Shown piece after piece: positions 20,540-30,601 of a DNA stretch of 64,000 nucleotides. The stretch spans positions 4,751,369 to 4,815,368 of the forward strand of contig OY761159.2 of assembly GCA_963664395.2 (NCBI GenBank), read 5' to 3'. The notes below the pieces were generated by a model. The model was not told where the DNA came from. It did no database searches and saw nothing but the letters and a program-made list of their open reading frames with translations. This stretch comes from Candidatus Binatia bacterium (GTDB taxonomy: Bacteria > Desulfobacterota > Binatia > Bin18). The translations under genes were made by a program, and so were the position numbers. The stretch's first letter is position 1, and each line of letters starts with the position of its first letter.

Positions 20540-21852
20540 ATGGCAACGACTCCCTATGATCCCTTTCGTATAAATAACGTTGCGAGTGAAGTGCAGCGGC
20601 CAGCCCAGCAACTCGCCGGGTGCGGCAAGGGGAATGAAGCGCCCGTCATTCCCCCTGGCTACAAGCAGACTGAGATGGGGGTCTTCCCGACTGGCAGGTA
20701 GTTGATGTCGGTGACCTGAACCCGTTTGTCAAGCGGCTCGGTGGGCACGTTTCTACGCTGAGAAGGCGCCCCGTTTATCCGAATAAGTAATCTCATCGGC
20801 AGTCAATCGATCTGGATTACAAATCTAAAGACGGTCGCTATGCCACAGGGAAACGCCAGCGTCACGAACACAGGCAGGGGGGATACTGATCTCAATAACT
20901 GCTGACATCGGGATCGTTGGTATTGTAATTCGCCGTGTCCAAGCCCGCATACATGAATCAGCACTGCACTGACTCGATTTGACAAGACTCTCGTGTGCGT
21001 CCGTTTCGTGATGGATTCGCTCGCCTCTGAAAGGCCGCAGCGGCTTTTCGTTACATCGAACATTGGCGCCAAGGCCGGGATGAGCTTACTAGTTCGAAAA
21101 TCCGACTCGCTCCACCATTTCCCGAACAACGCGCCATCGCCGAGGCGTTGTCGGATGGGGATCAATTGCTCGGGTCGTTGGAGAAGTTGATCGCCAAGAA
21201 GCGGGCCATCAAGCAGGCCGCCATGCAGCAACTCCTTACCGGCAAGACCCGTCTGCCGGGGTTTAGCGGGGATTGGGAAACGAAGCGGCTTGAGAACATT
21301 ATCGACTGTCTCGATCATGTTCGCGTACCTTTAAATGAAACTCAGCGAGCGAGAATGCCGGGTCCTTATCCATATTGCGGTGCCAACGGAGTCCTTGATT
21401 ACGTGAACGACTTCATTCTTGATGATGACGTGGTTCTAATTGCTGAGGATGGTGGGTACTTTGACGAGTATGTTCGTCGGCCAATAGCTTATCGTATGTC
21501 AGGAAAGATCTGGGTGAACAACCACGCACATATTCTCAGAGCCAAGCCTGAGTACAGTCAGGGATTTCTCTATTTCTCCCTAGTACATAAGAATATCCTG
21601 CCTTACCTAGCTAGTGGAACTCGTGCGAAACTCAACAAATCTGAGATGAATAAGATCGAGATACTCCTTCCACTCGACAATACGGAACAAAAGGCCATCG
21701 CTACCATCCTCTCCGACATGGACGCCGAAATCGCCGCGCTAGAGCAGCGCCGGGACAAGACGCGCGCCATCAAACAGGGCATGATGCAGCAGCTCCTCAC
21801 TGGTCGAGTACGGCTGGTAAGCGTTCGGGAAGGAAATGACCATGCCTCCTGA
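20540..21852 (+). pseudogene. hsdS: Type I specificity subunit HsdS, multiply frameshifted in TRD1; CR-TRD2-CR half intact from 21148
   Basis: ATG 20540 leads to IPPGYKQTEMGVFP; fragments DWQVVDVGDLNPFV, GAPFIRISNL, ILISITADIGIVG, KPAYMNQH require repeated frame changes; then intact KQAAMQQLLTGKTRLPGF and EQKAIATILSDMD...QQLLTGRVRL. Confidence 0.85.
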
Positions 21853-21906
21853 GCCTTTGGAATCCGCACGTCGAGCCGCCGAAAAGAGCGACCAAGGGGA
21901 AGAGAC

Positions 21907-24900
21907 GTGAACGCCGTCGGTCAACGGGAAATCCTCACCCAGCAGCGCGTGATCGCGTTCTTCCGCGACGCCCTCGGCTACACCTACCTGGGCGACTGGC
22001 AGGACCGCCCCGACAACCGCAACATCGAGCAGGATTTGCTGACCGACTGGCTCAAGCGCCAAGGGCACCCCGACGGTATCATCGCCAAGGTCCTGCGCGA
22101 ACTGAACAAGGCCGCTGCATTCGGCGGCAGCACAACACTCTACGAGGCCAACCGCGCGGTCTACGACCTGCTCCGCTACGGGGTCAAGGTCCGGCCGGAT
22201 ATTGGCGAGCAGCACATCACTGTCTGGCTGATTGATTGGGAGAGCCCCGACAACAACGACTTCGCCATTGCCGAAGAGGTGACGGTCGTCGCACAGAACA
22301 CGAAGCGTCCCGACCTGGTGCTGTATGTCAACGGTATCGCCCTGGGCGTGTTGGAGTTAAAGCGCTCGACCGTCTCGGTGACCGAGGGTATTCGCCAGAA
22401 TCTCGACAACCAGAAGCCGGAGTTCATCCAGCCGTTCTTCACCACCATCCAGCTCGTGATGGCCGGCAACGACACGGAAGGGCTGCGCTACGGCATGATC
22501 GAAACGCCCGAGAAATACTGGCTACGCTGGAAGGAAAAGGAAGCCGACGCCCACCCGGCTGCGGGCGACAACCCGCTGCTTCGGGAGCTGAGCCAACTCT
22601 GCGGCAAGGAGCGCCTGCTTGAGATCGTCCACGACTTCATCGTCTTCGATGCGGGCGTTAAAAAAACCTGTCGCCATAACCAATACTTCGGCGTGCGGAA
22701 GGCCCAAGCCTTTGTACAGCGCCGGGAGGGCGGTATCATCTGGCACGCCCAGGGCAGCGGCAAGAGCCTGACCATGGTCTGGCTGGCGAAGTGGATTCGC
22801 GAACACGTCACCGACGCCCGCGTCCTGCTCATCACCGACCGCACCGAACTGGACGAGCAGATTGAAAAAGTCTTCAAGGGTGTCGGCGAGAACATCTACC
22901 GCACGCAGAGCGGCGCTGACCTGGTACAGGTGCTCAACACCGGCGACGAATGGCTGGTCGGCTCGCTGATCCACAAATTCGGTACGTCGGAGGGGATGAG
23001 CGAAGAGGATATCGACACCTATGTCGAGGAAATCAGGCAGAGTCTGCCCCCAGACTTCCGTGCCAAAGGCGCCATCTTTGTCTTTGTAGACGAGTGCCAC
23101 CGCACCCAATCCGGCAAGCTCCACCAGGCGATGAAGACTCTCCTGCCGGAAGCGACACTGATCGGCTTCACCGGAACGCCGCTGCTCAAGGCCGACAAGA
23201 GCCGGAGCATCGAGATATTCGGGCCGTATATCGACACCTACAAATACGACGAGGCGGCACGCGACGGCGTGGTGCTCGATCTCCGCTACGAGGCACGTGA
23301 TATTGACCAGTACATCACCTCGCAGGCCAGGATCGATCAGTGGTTCGAGAGCAAGACCCAGGGGCTGACCGATGTCGCCAAGGCCCAGCTCAAGCAGCGC
23401 TGGGGTACGATGCAGAAGGTGCTGAGTTCGCGGGACCGGCTGAGGCAGATCGTCGCCGATATCCAGCTCGACATGGAGACGTGCGACCGCCTGAAGAGCG
23501 GTCACGGCAACGCCCTGCTTGTCTCGGATAGCATCTATGCGGCCTGTCGCTTCTTTGAGCTGTTTCAGCAGACCGACCTCGCCGGCAAATGTTCCGTCGT
23601 GACTTCCTACAAACCGGCCCCGGCAGACATCAAGGGTGAAGAGAGTGGTGAGGGGCTCACTGAGAAGCTGCGCCAGTACGACATCTACCGAAAGATGCTG
23701 GCGGCGCACTTCAACGAGCCCGAGGACACGGCGATGCGCAAGGTCGAACAATTCGAGCGGGAGGTGAAGAAGCGCTTTGTCAATGAACCGGGTCAGATGA
23801 AGCTGCTGATCGTGGTAGACAAGCTGCTGACCGGCTTTGACGCACCGCCGGCGACCTATCTGTACATCGACAAGCAGATGCAGGACCATGGCCTGTTCCA
23901 GGCCATCTGCCGGGTCAATCGCCTCGACGGTGAGGACAAGGAATACGGCTATATCATCGACTATAAGGACCTGTTCCGGTCCTTGGAGCAGGCCATCAAG
24001 GACTTTACCGGTGAGGCTTTCGACGGCTACGACAAGGCCGACGTAGAGGGCTTGCTGAAGGATCGGCTCCAGCAGGGCCGGGAGCGGCTAGAGGAGACAC
24101 GCGAGGCGGTCAAGGCGCTGTGCGAACCGGTTGAGCCGCCACGCGACACTGCGGCGTATCTGCGCTTCTTCTGTGCCGCCGAGAGCGGCAACGCCCAGCA
24201 GCTCAAAGACAACGAACCGCAGCGTGTGGCCCTCTACAAGCTGACCGCGTCGTTCCTGCGCGCTTACGCCAACCTGGCCAACGAGATGTGTGAGGCCGGC
24301 TACTCCGCTGTCGAGACACAGGAGATCAAAGCCGAAGTGGACTACTGCGAGAAGGTGCGGCAGGAGGTCAAGCTTGCCAGCGGCGATTATATCGACATGA
24401 AAATGTACGAGCCGGCTATGCGCCACCTGCTCGACACGTATATCCGGGCCGAGGACAGTGAACAGCTCTCGACCTTCGACGATCTGACGCTCGTGCAACT
24501 GATTGTCGAGCGTGGCGAAGCGGCGGTCGATACGCTGCCAAAAGGGCTGCGTGAGAACCGCGACGCAATGGCCGAGACGATTGAAAACAACGTCCGTCGT
24601 CTCATTATCGACGAGAGGGCGGTCAACCCCAAATACTACGAGAAGATGTCGGAACTGCTGGATGCCCTGATTCTTCAGCGCAAGCAGGAGGCACTGGACT
24701 ACAAGGCATACCTTGCCAAGATTGTCGAGTTGGCGAAGCAAGTGAACCGACCGGAGAGCGGGCAGTACCCCCTCACCATTAACAGCGGTGCTCTGCGCGC
24801 GTTGTACGACAACTTAAAGGACATACAGGGTTTGGAACGACCGGTGAGTCAATATGCCGTAGCCGAGAGTACCGCCGACGTGGCTGAAGCCGCCGCCATA

Positions 24901-25062
24901 GCCCTGGATGCGGCCATCCGTAGGGTGAAGAAAGCGGACTGGAAAGGAAACAGATTTAAGGAGAAGGAAGTCCGTAACGCCATTGCGTCCATCCTCGGCT
25001 CCGCTGATGGCCTCGTTGATACGATCCTTGAAATCGCAAAGGCCCAGCATGATTACTCGTGA
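21907..25062 (+). CDS. hsdR: Type I restriction endonuclease subunit R
   Basis: RPDLVLYVNGIALGVLELK nuclease motif, WHAQGSGKS, DECH, FTGTP, LLTGFDAP, QAICRVNR. Confidence 0.97.
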   Translation: MNAVGQREILTQQRVIAFFRDALGYTYLGDWQDRPDNRNIEQDLLTDWLKRQGHPDGIIAKVLRELNKAAAFGGSTTLYEANRAVYDLLRYGVKVRPDIGEQHITVWLIDWESPDNNDFAIAEEVTVVAQNTKRPDLVLYVNGIALGVLELKRSTVSVTEGIRQNLDNQKPEFIQPFFTTIQLVMAGNDTEGLRYGMIETPEKYWLRWKEKEADAHPAAGDNPLLRELSQLCGKERLLEIVHDFIVFDAGVKKTCRHNQYFGVRKAQAFVQRREGGIIWHAQGSGKSLTMVWLAKWIREHVTDARVLLITDRTELDEQIEKVFKGVGENIYRTQSGADLVQVLNTGDEWLVGSLIHKFGTSEGMSEEDIDTYVEEIRQSLPPDFRAKGAIFVFVDECHRTQSGKLHQAMKTLLPEATLIGFTGTPLLKADKSRSIEIFGPYIDTYKYDEAARDGVVLDLRYEARDIDQYITSQARIDQWFESKTQGLTDVAKAQLKQRWGTMQKVLSSRDRLRQIVADIQLDMETCDRLKSGHGNALLVSDSIYAACRFFELFQQTDLAGKCSVVTSYKPAPADIKGEESGEGLTEKLRQYDIYRKMLAAHFNEPEDTAMRKVEQFEREVKKRFVNEPGQMKLLIVVDKLLTGFDAPPATYLYIDKQMQDHGLFQAICRVNRLDGEDKEYGYIIDYKDLFRSLEQAIKDFTGEAFDGYDKADVEGLLKDRLQQGRERLEETREAVKALCEPVEPPRDTAAYLRFFCAAESGNAQQLKDNEPQRVALYKLTASFLRAYANLANEMCEAGYSAVETQEIKAEVDYCEKVRQEVKLASGDYIDMKMYEPAMRHLLDTYIRAEDSEQLSTFDDLTLVQLIVERGEAAVDTLPKGLRENRDAMAETIENNVRRLIIDERAVNPKYYEKMSELLDALILQRKQEALDYKAYLAKIVELAKQVNRPESGQYPLTINSGALRALYDNLKDIQGLERPVSQYAVAESTADVAEAAAIALDAAIRRVKKADWKGNRFKEKEVRNAIASILGSADGLVDTILEIAKAQHDYS

Positions 25063-25793
25063 CTACTCACGTTAAAAGCTACGACCTCGACATCCGGGGG
25101 ATACCGGTCGAGGTCGTCCACAAGGCCATTAAGAACCTCCACATAGGCGTCTATCCGCCGAGCGGTCGGGTACGGGTTGCCGCGCCGCAGCACCTTGATG
25201 ATGAGGCGGTGCGGTTGGCTGTCGTCTCACGTCTGGGATGGATTCGTCGGAAGCAGACTGAATTTGAGCAGCAGGAACGCCAATCTCAACGGGAGTTGGT
25301 AACCGGCGAAAGCCATTACTTTCAGGGCCGGCGTTACCGTCTCAAAGTGCTTGAATACGATGGCCGCCCGGCTATTCATCTGCTCAACAATACGACAATG
25401 GAGTTGCGCACTCGGCCAGGTGATGATCGAGACACCCGGGAGGCAGTGCTCTATCGATGGTACCGCTGCCAGCTCCGCAACCAGTTGCCGGCGCTCCTCG
25501 CCAAATGGGAGCGGAAAGCTGGTGTGACGGTCGAGGATTTGCGGATCAGGAAGATGAAGACCCGCTGGGGGACGTGCAACATCGAAGCTAAACACATTTG
25601 GCTAAATCTTGAGTTGGCGAAGAAACCGGTGTCCTGCCTGGAGTACATTATGGTACACGAGATGGTCCACCTCAGAGAGCGGGCTCACAATGAGCGGTTT
25701 CGCGCGTTGATGGATCAGTTGCTGCCGCAATGGCGCTTGCACAGGGATGTCCTGAATCAGGCACCACTTGCTCACGAAGCGTGGCGTTACTGA
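25059..25793 (+). CDS. YgjP/DUF45 (M48/SprT-like) metal-dependent hydrolase associated with type I R-M
   Basis: KNLHIGVYPP, GESHYFQG, MKTRWGTC, HEMVH zinc motif; overlaps the hsdR stop. Confidence 0.9.
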   Translation: MTTHVKSYDLDIRGIPVEVVHKAIKNLHIGVYPPSGRVRVAAPQHLDDEAVRLAVVSRLGWIRRKQTEFEQQERQSQRELVTGESHYFQGRRYRLKVLEYDGRPAIHLLNNTTMELRTRPGDDRDTREAVLYRWYRCQLRNQLPALLAKWERKAGVTVEDLRIRKMKTRWGTCNIEAKHIWLNLELAKKPVSCLEYIMVHEMVHLRERAHNERFRALMDQLLPQWRLHRDVLNQAPLAHEAWRY

Positions 25794-26060
25794 ATGCTCC
25801 GTATTATTGAAAACGTCCAGAACGTCGTCAACGTCCTACGATTTACCATAGAACAGCAGCATTCAAGACAAGACACTCTAACGGTCTGATAATTCGCCCA
25901 GCGTGCTTCCCTGCCCCCGGATGGGGAGCGGTCAGGGTCATCTGAAAAAAAGTTATAGAGCGGGCGGGCGGATGTTAGTATCTATCCGAATCGCTCGGTC
26001 GAACTTGACGATAATTCCGACTGTCTTGCCAAGTCTGGCGGAAAGGGTGGCATTATCACC

Positions 26061-27560
26061 ATGGCTTCGCGTGATGGGTCTGAAGCGCGGCACAGTCGAG
26101 ACGGCGGCCCGGCCTCCTCGCTCTTTGGGCATTACGAGCTTGACGCTCAGTTTTTCGACGAGACCTTTGAGTCCGAAGGGCAACCCCGCCCTCACTACCG
26201 GCTCCTTATCGACGAAATGGAGCGGATGTCCCCGGAGGAGGTCACGCGACTTCAGGAGCGCGTGACCTCCTCATTTCTCCACGAGGGCATCACCTTCACC
26301 GTGTACGGGGACGAAGAGTCTATCGAGCGGGTCATCCCCATCGATTGCGTCCCCCGCCTCGTACTCGCCCGAGAGTGGGAGCATATCGAGCGTGGGCTCA
26401 TTCAGCGCGTCCAGGCGCTGAATCTCTTTCTGGCCGATGTCTACGGCAAGGGGCATATCCTTGGTGACGGTACTATACCGCGCGACTTGGTGCAGGGCTG
26501 CCCGAACTACCGCCCCGAGATGGAAGGGGTCCAGGTGCCGCTCGGAGCCTATGTGTCGGTCTGCGGGAGTGACATCGTGCGGACCGCAGACGGCTTCATG
26601 GTGCTAGAGGACAACCTCCGGGTGCCCTCGGGGGTGTCGTATATGCTCGCCTGCCGGGAGGCGATCCGGCGCTCCTTCCCGCGTGTTTTTCGTCACTATC
26701 ACGTCCGGTCGGTAGACCACTACGGCCAGGAACTCCTGCGCGTCCTGCGTTCCCTCTCGCCTCGGAAAGGAGAGGAGCCGAGTATCGCCCTGCTCACACC
26801 CGGCGTGTATAACTCGGCCTACTACGAACATGCCTTTCTGGCGCGTAAAATGGGCATTGAACTCGTCACGGGCGACGACCTGCTCGTGCGGGGAACACAG
26901 CTGTATATGCGCACCGTCCAGGGCTTGCGCCCGGTAGACGTCCTCTATCGGCGGCTCGACGATGATTTTATCGACCCCCAGTCCTTCCGCCCGGATTCCC
27001 GCCTGGGCGTTCCGGGGCTTTTTGAGGTCTATCGGGCCGGAAACCTGGCGCTGGCCAATGCGCCCGGCACAGGGGTTGCGGACGATAAGGCGGTGTATTC
27101 GTATGTGCCGCGCATGATCCGCTATTACCTCGACCAGGAACCGATTCTCGACAACGTCGAAACCTTTCTGTGCCGGGAACCCGAGGGGCTGGCCTACACG
27201 CTTGAGCATCTTGAAAACCTGGTGGTCAAGGCGGTGGGCGAGTCGGGCGGGTACGGCATGTTGGTCGGGCCGCACGCCAGCCGGGAGGAGCGGGAAACAT
27301 TTGCCGCCAAACTCCGCACCCAGCCCGAGAATTATATCTCGCAGCCCGTCCTGGCCTTATCGCGCGCCCCGTGCCTCATTGACGGGCGGCTTGAGGCGCG
27401 CCACGTCGACCTCAGACCCTTCGTGCTGCACGGGCAGGAGACCAGCGTGGTGCCCGGCGGGCTGTGCCGGGTTGCGCTGCGTAAGGGCAGCCTGGTGGTG
27501 AATTCGAGCCAGGGCGGCGGCTCCAAAGACGCCTGGATCATTGAGGAGGATGCGCCGTGA
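26061..27560 (+). CDS. Circularly permuted type 2 ATP-grasp protein (predicted peptide ligase)
   Basis: GITFTVYG, GLIQRVQALNLFLADVYG, VLEDNLRVPSGVSYM, LLTPGVYNSAYYEH, VDVLYRRLDD, NAPGTGVADDK, GGYGMLVG, VVNSSQGGGSKD. Confidence 0.93.
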   Translation: MASRDGSEARHSRDGGPASSLFGHYELDAQFFDETFESEGQPRPHYRLLIDEMERMSPEEVTRLQERVTSSFLHEGITFTVYGDEESIERVIPIDCVPRLVLAREWEHIERGLIQRVQALNLFLADVYGKGHILGDGTIPRDLVQGCPNYRPEMEGVQVPLGAYVSVCGSDIVRTADGFMVLEDNLRVPSGVSYMLACREAIRRSFPRVFRHYHVRSVDHYGQELLRVLRSLSPRKGEEPSIALLTPGVYNSAYYEHAFLARKMGIELVTGDDLLVRGTQLYMRTVQGLRPVDVLYRRLDDDFIDPQSFRPDSRLGVPGLFEVYRAGNLALANAPGTGVADDKAVYSYVPRMIRYYLDQEPILDNVETFLCREPEGLAYTLEHLENLVVKAVGESGGYGMLVGPHASREERETFAAKLRTQPENYISQPVLALSRAPCLIDGRLEARHVDLRPFVLHGQETSVVPGGLCRVALRKGSLVVNSSQGGGSKDAWIIEEDAP

Positions 27561-28540
27561 TACTTGCCCGGGTCGCAGATTCTTTCTACTGGATGAACCG
27601 CTACCTGGAACGGGTGGAACACACCGCGCGTCTCCTTGGGTTGCAGCTCGAACGCCTCCCCTCCAGTCCGGTCCAGGAAATCGCCAATGGCTGGCGGCGG
27701 CTCTTCAGCAGTCTGGATGCCCACCCTCCAGGCGCGGATATCTATGGTGGCCCGGAGGACGATGACGATTTCTTTTTCGCCGATGGCTATACCCTGACCG
27801 ACTATCTCACCTTCGATACCACTAATCCTACCTCTATCGTGTTCTGCCTGACCGCGGCTCGGGAAAACGCTCGTCAGGTACGCGACGCCCTCAGCAACGG
27901 GATTTGGTCAAGCCTCAACCGTGCCTACCTGCGCTTACGGGACACCGACCTTGTGGATATCTGGTCCAGGGAACCCGTTATGTTATACCGCGACATTGTC
28001 GAGGCGGTCCAACTCTTCGACGGCGTCTGCGCGAGTTCTCTGCGCCGGGACGCAGGCTGGCATTTTATGCGCATCGGACGATTCATCGAGCGGGCTCAAC
28101 TCGTCAGCTCTCTCCTGGAGGCGCATTGTGCGAACGTCAAGGACACGACCGAGGAAGACGGTGACTGGGCGGGCCTCCTTCGGGTCTGTAATGCCTTTGA
28201 AGCCTACTGTCAGCTCCACGGTGCCCAGGTCGGGAGAGAAAAGGTGCTTGACTTTCTGGTGTACGATGCCGAGTTGTCCTACTCATTGCGTTTCGCAGTC
28301 AATCAGATCCGGGCCAGCCTGGAGGTCATTGACCCGCCAGTCCGTGGACGCTTGCCTGTGGAGCCGTATAAAATCGTTGGGCGGCTGGATTCGGCTCTCT
28401 CCCACCATATGGTCAATCTGGTAGCCGGCGGGGGAGGCTGGTATGATCTTGCCGATCTCGTTATATTGTGTCGGAAATTTCACGAAGCCCTAGAACGGAC
28501 ATACGTGTATTACCCGGAAGAAGCGCGGGCTGTTTCCTGA
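27557..28540 (+). CDS. Alpha-E domain protein (DUF403)
   Basis: LARVADSFYWMNRYLERVEHTARLL, ARENARQVR, GWHFMRIGRFIERA (two ER motifs); GTGA overlap with the ATP-grasp gene. Confidence 0.92.
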   Translation: MILARVADSFYWMNRYLERVEHTARLLGLQLERLPSSPVQEIANGWRRLFSSLDAHPPGADIYGGPEDDDDFFFADGYTLTDYLTFDTTNPTSIVFCLTAARENARQVRDALSNGIWSSLNRAYLRLRDTDLVDIWSREPVMLYRDIVEAVQLFDGVCASSLRRDAGWHFMRIGRFIERAQLVSSLLEAHCANVKDTTEEDGDWAGLLRVCNAFEAYCQLHGAQVGREKVLDFLVYDAELSYSLRFAVNQIRASLEVIDPPVRGRLPVEPYKIVGRLDSALSHHMVNLVAGGGGWYDLADLVILCRKFHEALERTYVYYPEEARAVS

Positions 28541-29041
28541 GTGTCTGGCGAACATGCCCAGCGTATTATGGTGAAGCCAATGCAGCCTAGCGAACCTCCT
28601 CCGAGCGGTGAAACAATTGAGGTTTCCCTGGCCTCCGACCTTTCCGCCCTTAGCACGCTCGTACAGGCCGTCCAGGAATTCGGGGCTGCCCACGATCTCA
28701 GCCAGGACCTCCAGGGCCGCCTGAACCTGGTTCTGGACGAATTGGTAACGAACAGCGTAAGCTATGCATTGCCGGAGCTTGCCGAACCCGAGCTTCGGTT
28801 ACGCCTCTTCGTTGACCGGGGCGCCGTGGTGGCCCAGCTTGAGGACAACGGCGCGGCGTTCAATCCCTTGGAGGAAGTCCCAGAGCCGGATATCAGTCTG
28901 GGGCTTGCAGAGCGCCCCATCGGCGGGCTCGGGATCTTTTTTGTGAAGCAACTCACCGGCAGCAGCGCCTACGAGCGCATTGGCGGACGAAACCGTATTA
29001 CCCTGAGACATCGGATTGGAGGGAAGGACAGTGACAAATGA
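28541..29041 (+). CDS. RsbW/SpoIIAB-like anti-sigma Ser kinase (HATPase_c_2)
   Basis: LVLDELVTNSVSYA, DNGAAFNP, RPIGGLGIFFVKQL, NRITL. Confidence 0.9.
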   Translation: MSGEHAQRIMVKPMQPSEPPPSGETIEVSLASDLSALSTLVQAVQEFGAAHDLSQDLQGRLNLVLDELVTNSVSYALPELAEPELRLRLFVDRGAVVAQLEDNGAAFNPLEEVPEPDISLGLAERPIGGLGIFFVKQLTGSSAYERIGGRNRITLRHRIGGKDSDK

Positions 29042-29381
29042 GAACACCCTATCCGTGCGAACCGAGCGAAATGAAAAGGCCATGATTGTCTGCCCGTTGG
29101 GGCGTATAGACGGGAGCAATGTGCAGATACTGGAAAGCGCTATCCAGGAACAGACCGAGGCCGGCGAGAATATCCTGGTCTTCGATTTTGAGGACCTGAA
29201 CTACATCAGCAGTGCTGGCTTGCGGGTACTTCTGGTGACGGCACGCCGCACGCAGGCGGAGGGAGGGAAGACCGTGTTCTGCGGGCTGGCCGAGCACATC
29301 GCCCACGTCTTTGAAATCAGCGGGTTCAATAACATTCTGACGGTTTGCAAGAGCCGCAGTGAGGCCCTGACTACGCTGTGA
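29031..29381 (+). CDS. STAS anti-anti-sigma factor (RsbV/SpoIIAA-like)
   Basis: GRIDG, DFEDLNYISSAGLRVLL, VFEISGF; GTG start at 29031. Confidence 0.92.
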   Translation: MTNENTLSVRTERNEKAMIVCPLGRIDGSNVQILESAIQEQTEAGENILVFDFEDLNYISSAGLRVLLVTARRTQAEGGKTVFCGLAEHIAHVFEISGFNNILTVCKSRSEALTTL

Positions 29382-29410
29382 ACACTCATTCCGAAGAGAG
29401 GGGCTAGGTC

Positions 29411-30601
29411 TTGAAAACATCACCCATCCGGCTTCTCGTGGTAGACGACGAAGAAGACCTTGAACTGCTGATACGCCAGAAATTCCGTCGGCGTATCCGC
29501 CAAAGCGAATTCGAGTTTGTTTTCGCCCATCATGGCAAGGAGGCGCTCGAAAAGCTCACCGAGTACCCCGACATTCATCTGGTACTCTCGGATATCAACA
29601 TGCCGGTGATGGACGGGCTCACGCTGCTGAGCCAACTCGAAAGCACCAAGCCTGACGTGCGGGCGGTCATTGTTTCCGCCTACGGTGACATGGAGAACAT
29701 CCGCACGGCCATGAACCGAGGCGCTTTCGATTTTGTGACCAAGCCGATCGACTTCAACGATCTTGAAATCACGATCGAAAAGACGCTCAAACATATACAA
29801 GCCCTGGAAAATGCCCTGGAAGCGAGGGATCGGCTCGTCGCCCTCAAGCGGGAACTTGATGTGGCCCAGCAGGTGCAGATGTCCGCCCTGCCCAAGGACC
29901 TCCCGCGCAGCGAGACCCACGAAGTCCAGGCGCTGATGACCCCGGCCCGGGAGGTCGGCGGAGATTTCTACGATTTTTTTAACCTGGGTGACACCTTGCT
30001 CGGTCTGGTCATAGCGGATGTCTCCGGCAAGGGGATTCCGGCTGCCCTGTTTACTATGATGACTCGGACCCTCCTCAAGGGTGCGGCGAGAAATTTCCCG
30101 TCACCCGCCCGCTGCCTGAGCGAAGTGAACGAGCTGCTGACCGAGGATAATGAGACGTGTATGTTCGTCACTCTTTTCTACGGGGTGCTTGACCTGCGGG
30201 ACGGCAGCTTCCGTTACTGCAACGGCGGCCACAACCCTCCCCGCCTGGTACGGAGCGATTCCCGGATCGAGGTGCTCCCTTCCACGGAGAACCTTGTACT
30301 CGGGGTGGCTCCTGGGCATGAATATCACAACGCTGAGGTCCGACTCGCCCCTGGTGATGCCCTCTTCCTGTACACAGACGGAATCACCGAGGCCCAGAAC
30401 TCCAGCGAGGAGGAGTTTGGAGAAGAGCGTCTCGACGAGAAACTCGCCAGCCTCGGGCAGGCGACCGCCCGTGATGTCGTGACAGCCGTGGTTGATGCCG
30501 TGCACGCCTTTGCCGGAGACGCCCCGCAATCGGATGACATCACCTGCATCGCGATGCGCCTCGCCGCAACGCTTCCTTCCCAAGCCACTGACGATACATG
30601 A
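29411..30601 (+). CDS. Response-regulator receiver fused to SpoIIE/RsbU PP2C phosphatase
   Basis: LVVDDEED, SDINMPVMDG, FVTKP receiver motifs; VGGDFYD, ADVSGKG, LYTDGITEA, SDDIT PP2C motifs. Confidence 0.93.
   Translation: MKTSPIRLLVVDDEEDLELLIRQKFRRRIRQSEFEFVFAHHGKEALEKLTEYPDIHLVLSDINMPVMDGLTLLSQLESTKPDVRAVIVSAYGDMENIRTAMNRGAFDFVTKPIDFNDLEITIEKTLKHIQALENALEARDRLVALKRELDVAQQVQMSALPKDLPRSETHEVQALMTPAREVGGDFYDFFNLGDTLLGLVIADVSGKGIPAALFTMMTRTLLKGAARNFPSPARCLSEVNELLTEDNETCMFVTLFYGVLDLRDGSFRYCNGGHNPPRLVRSDSRIEVLPSTENLVLGVAPGHEYHNAEVRLAPGDALFLYTDGITEAQNSSEEEFGEERLDEKLASLGQATARDVVTAVVDAVHAFAGDAPQSDDITCIAMRLAATLPSQATDDT

Noticed and set aside
22522-23889. 455-aa antisense ORF, and similar ones at 13147-14022, 30325-31491, 32541-33734, 46927-47811 and 48106-49059
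   Set aside because: Shadow frames opposite well-supported genes in GC-rich DNA, with no recognisable motifs.
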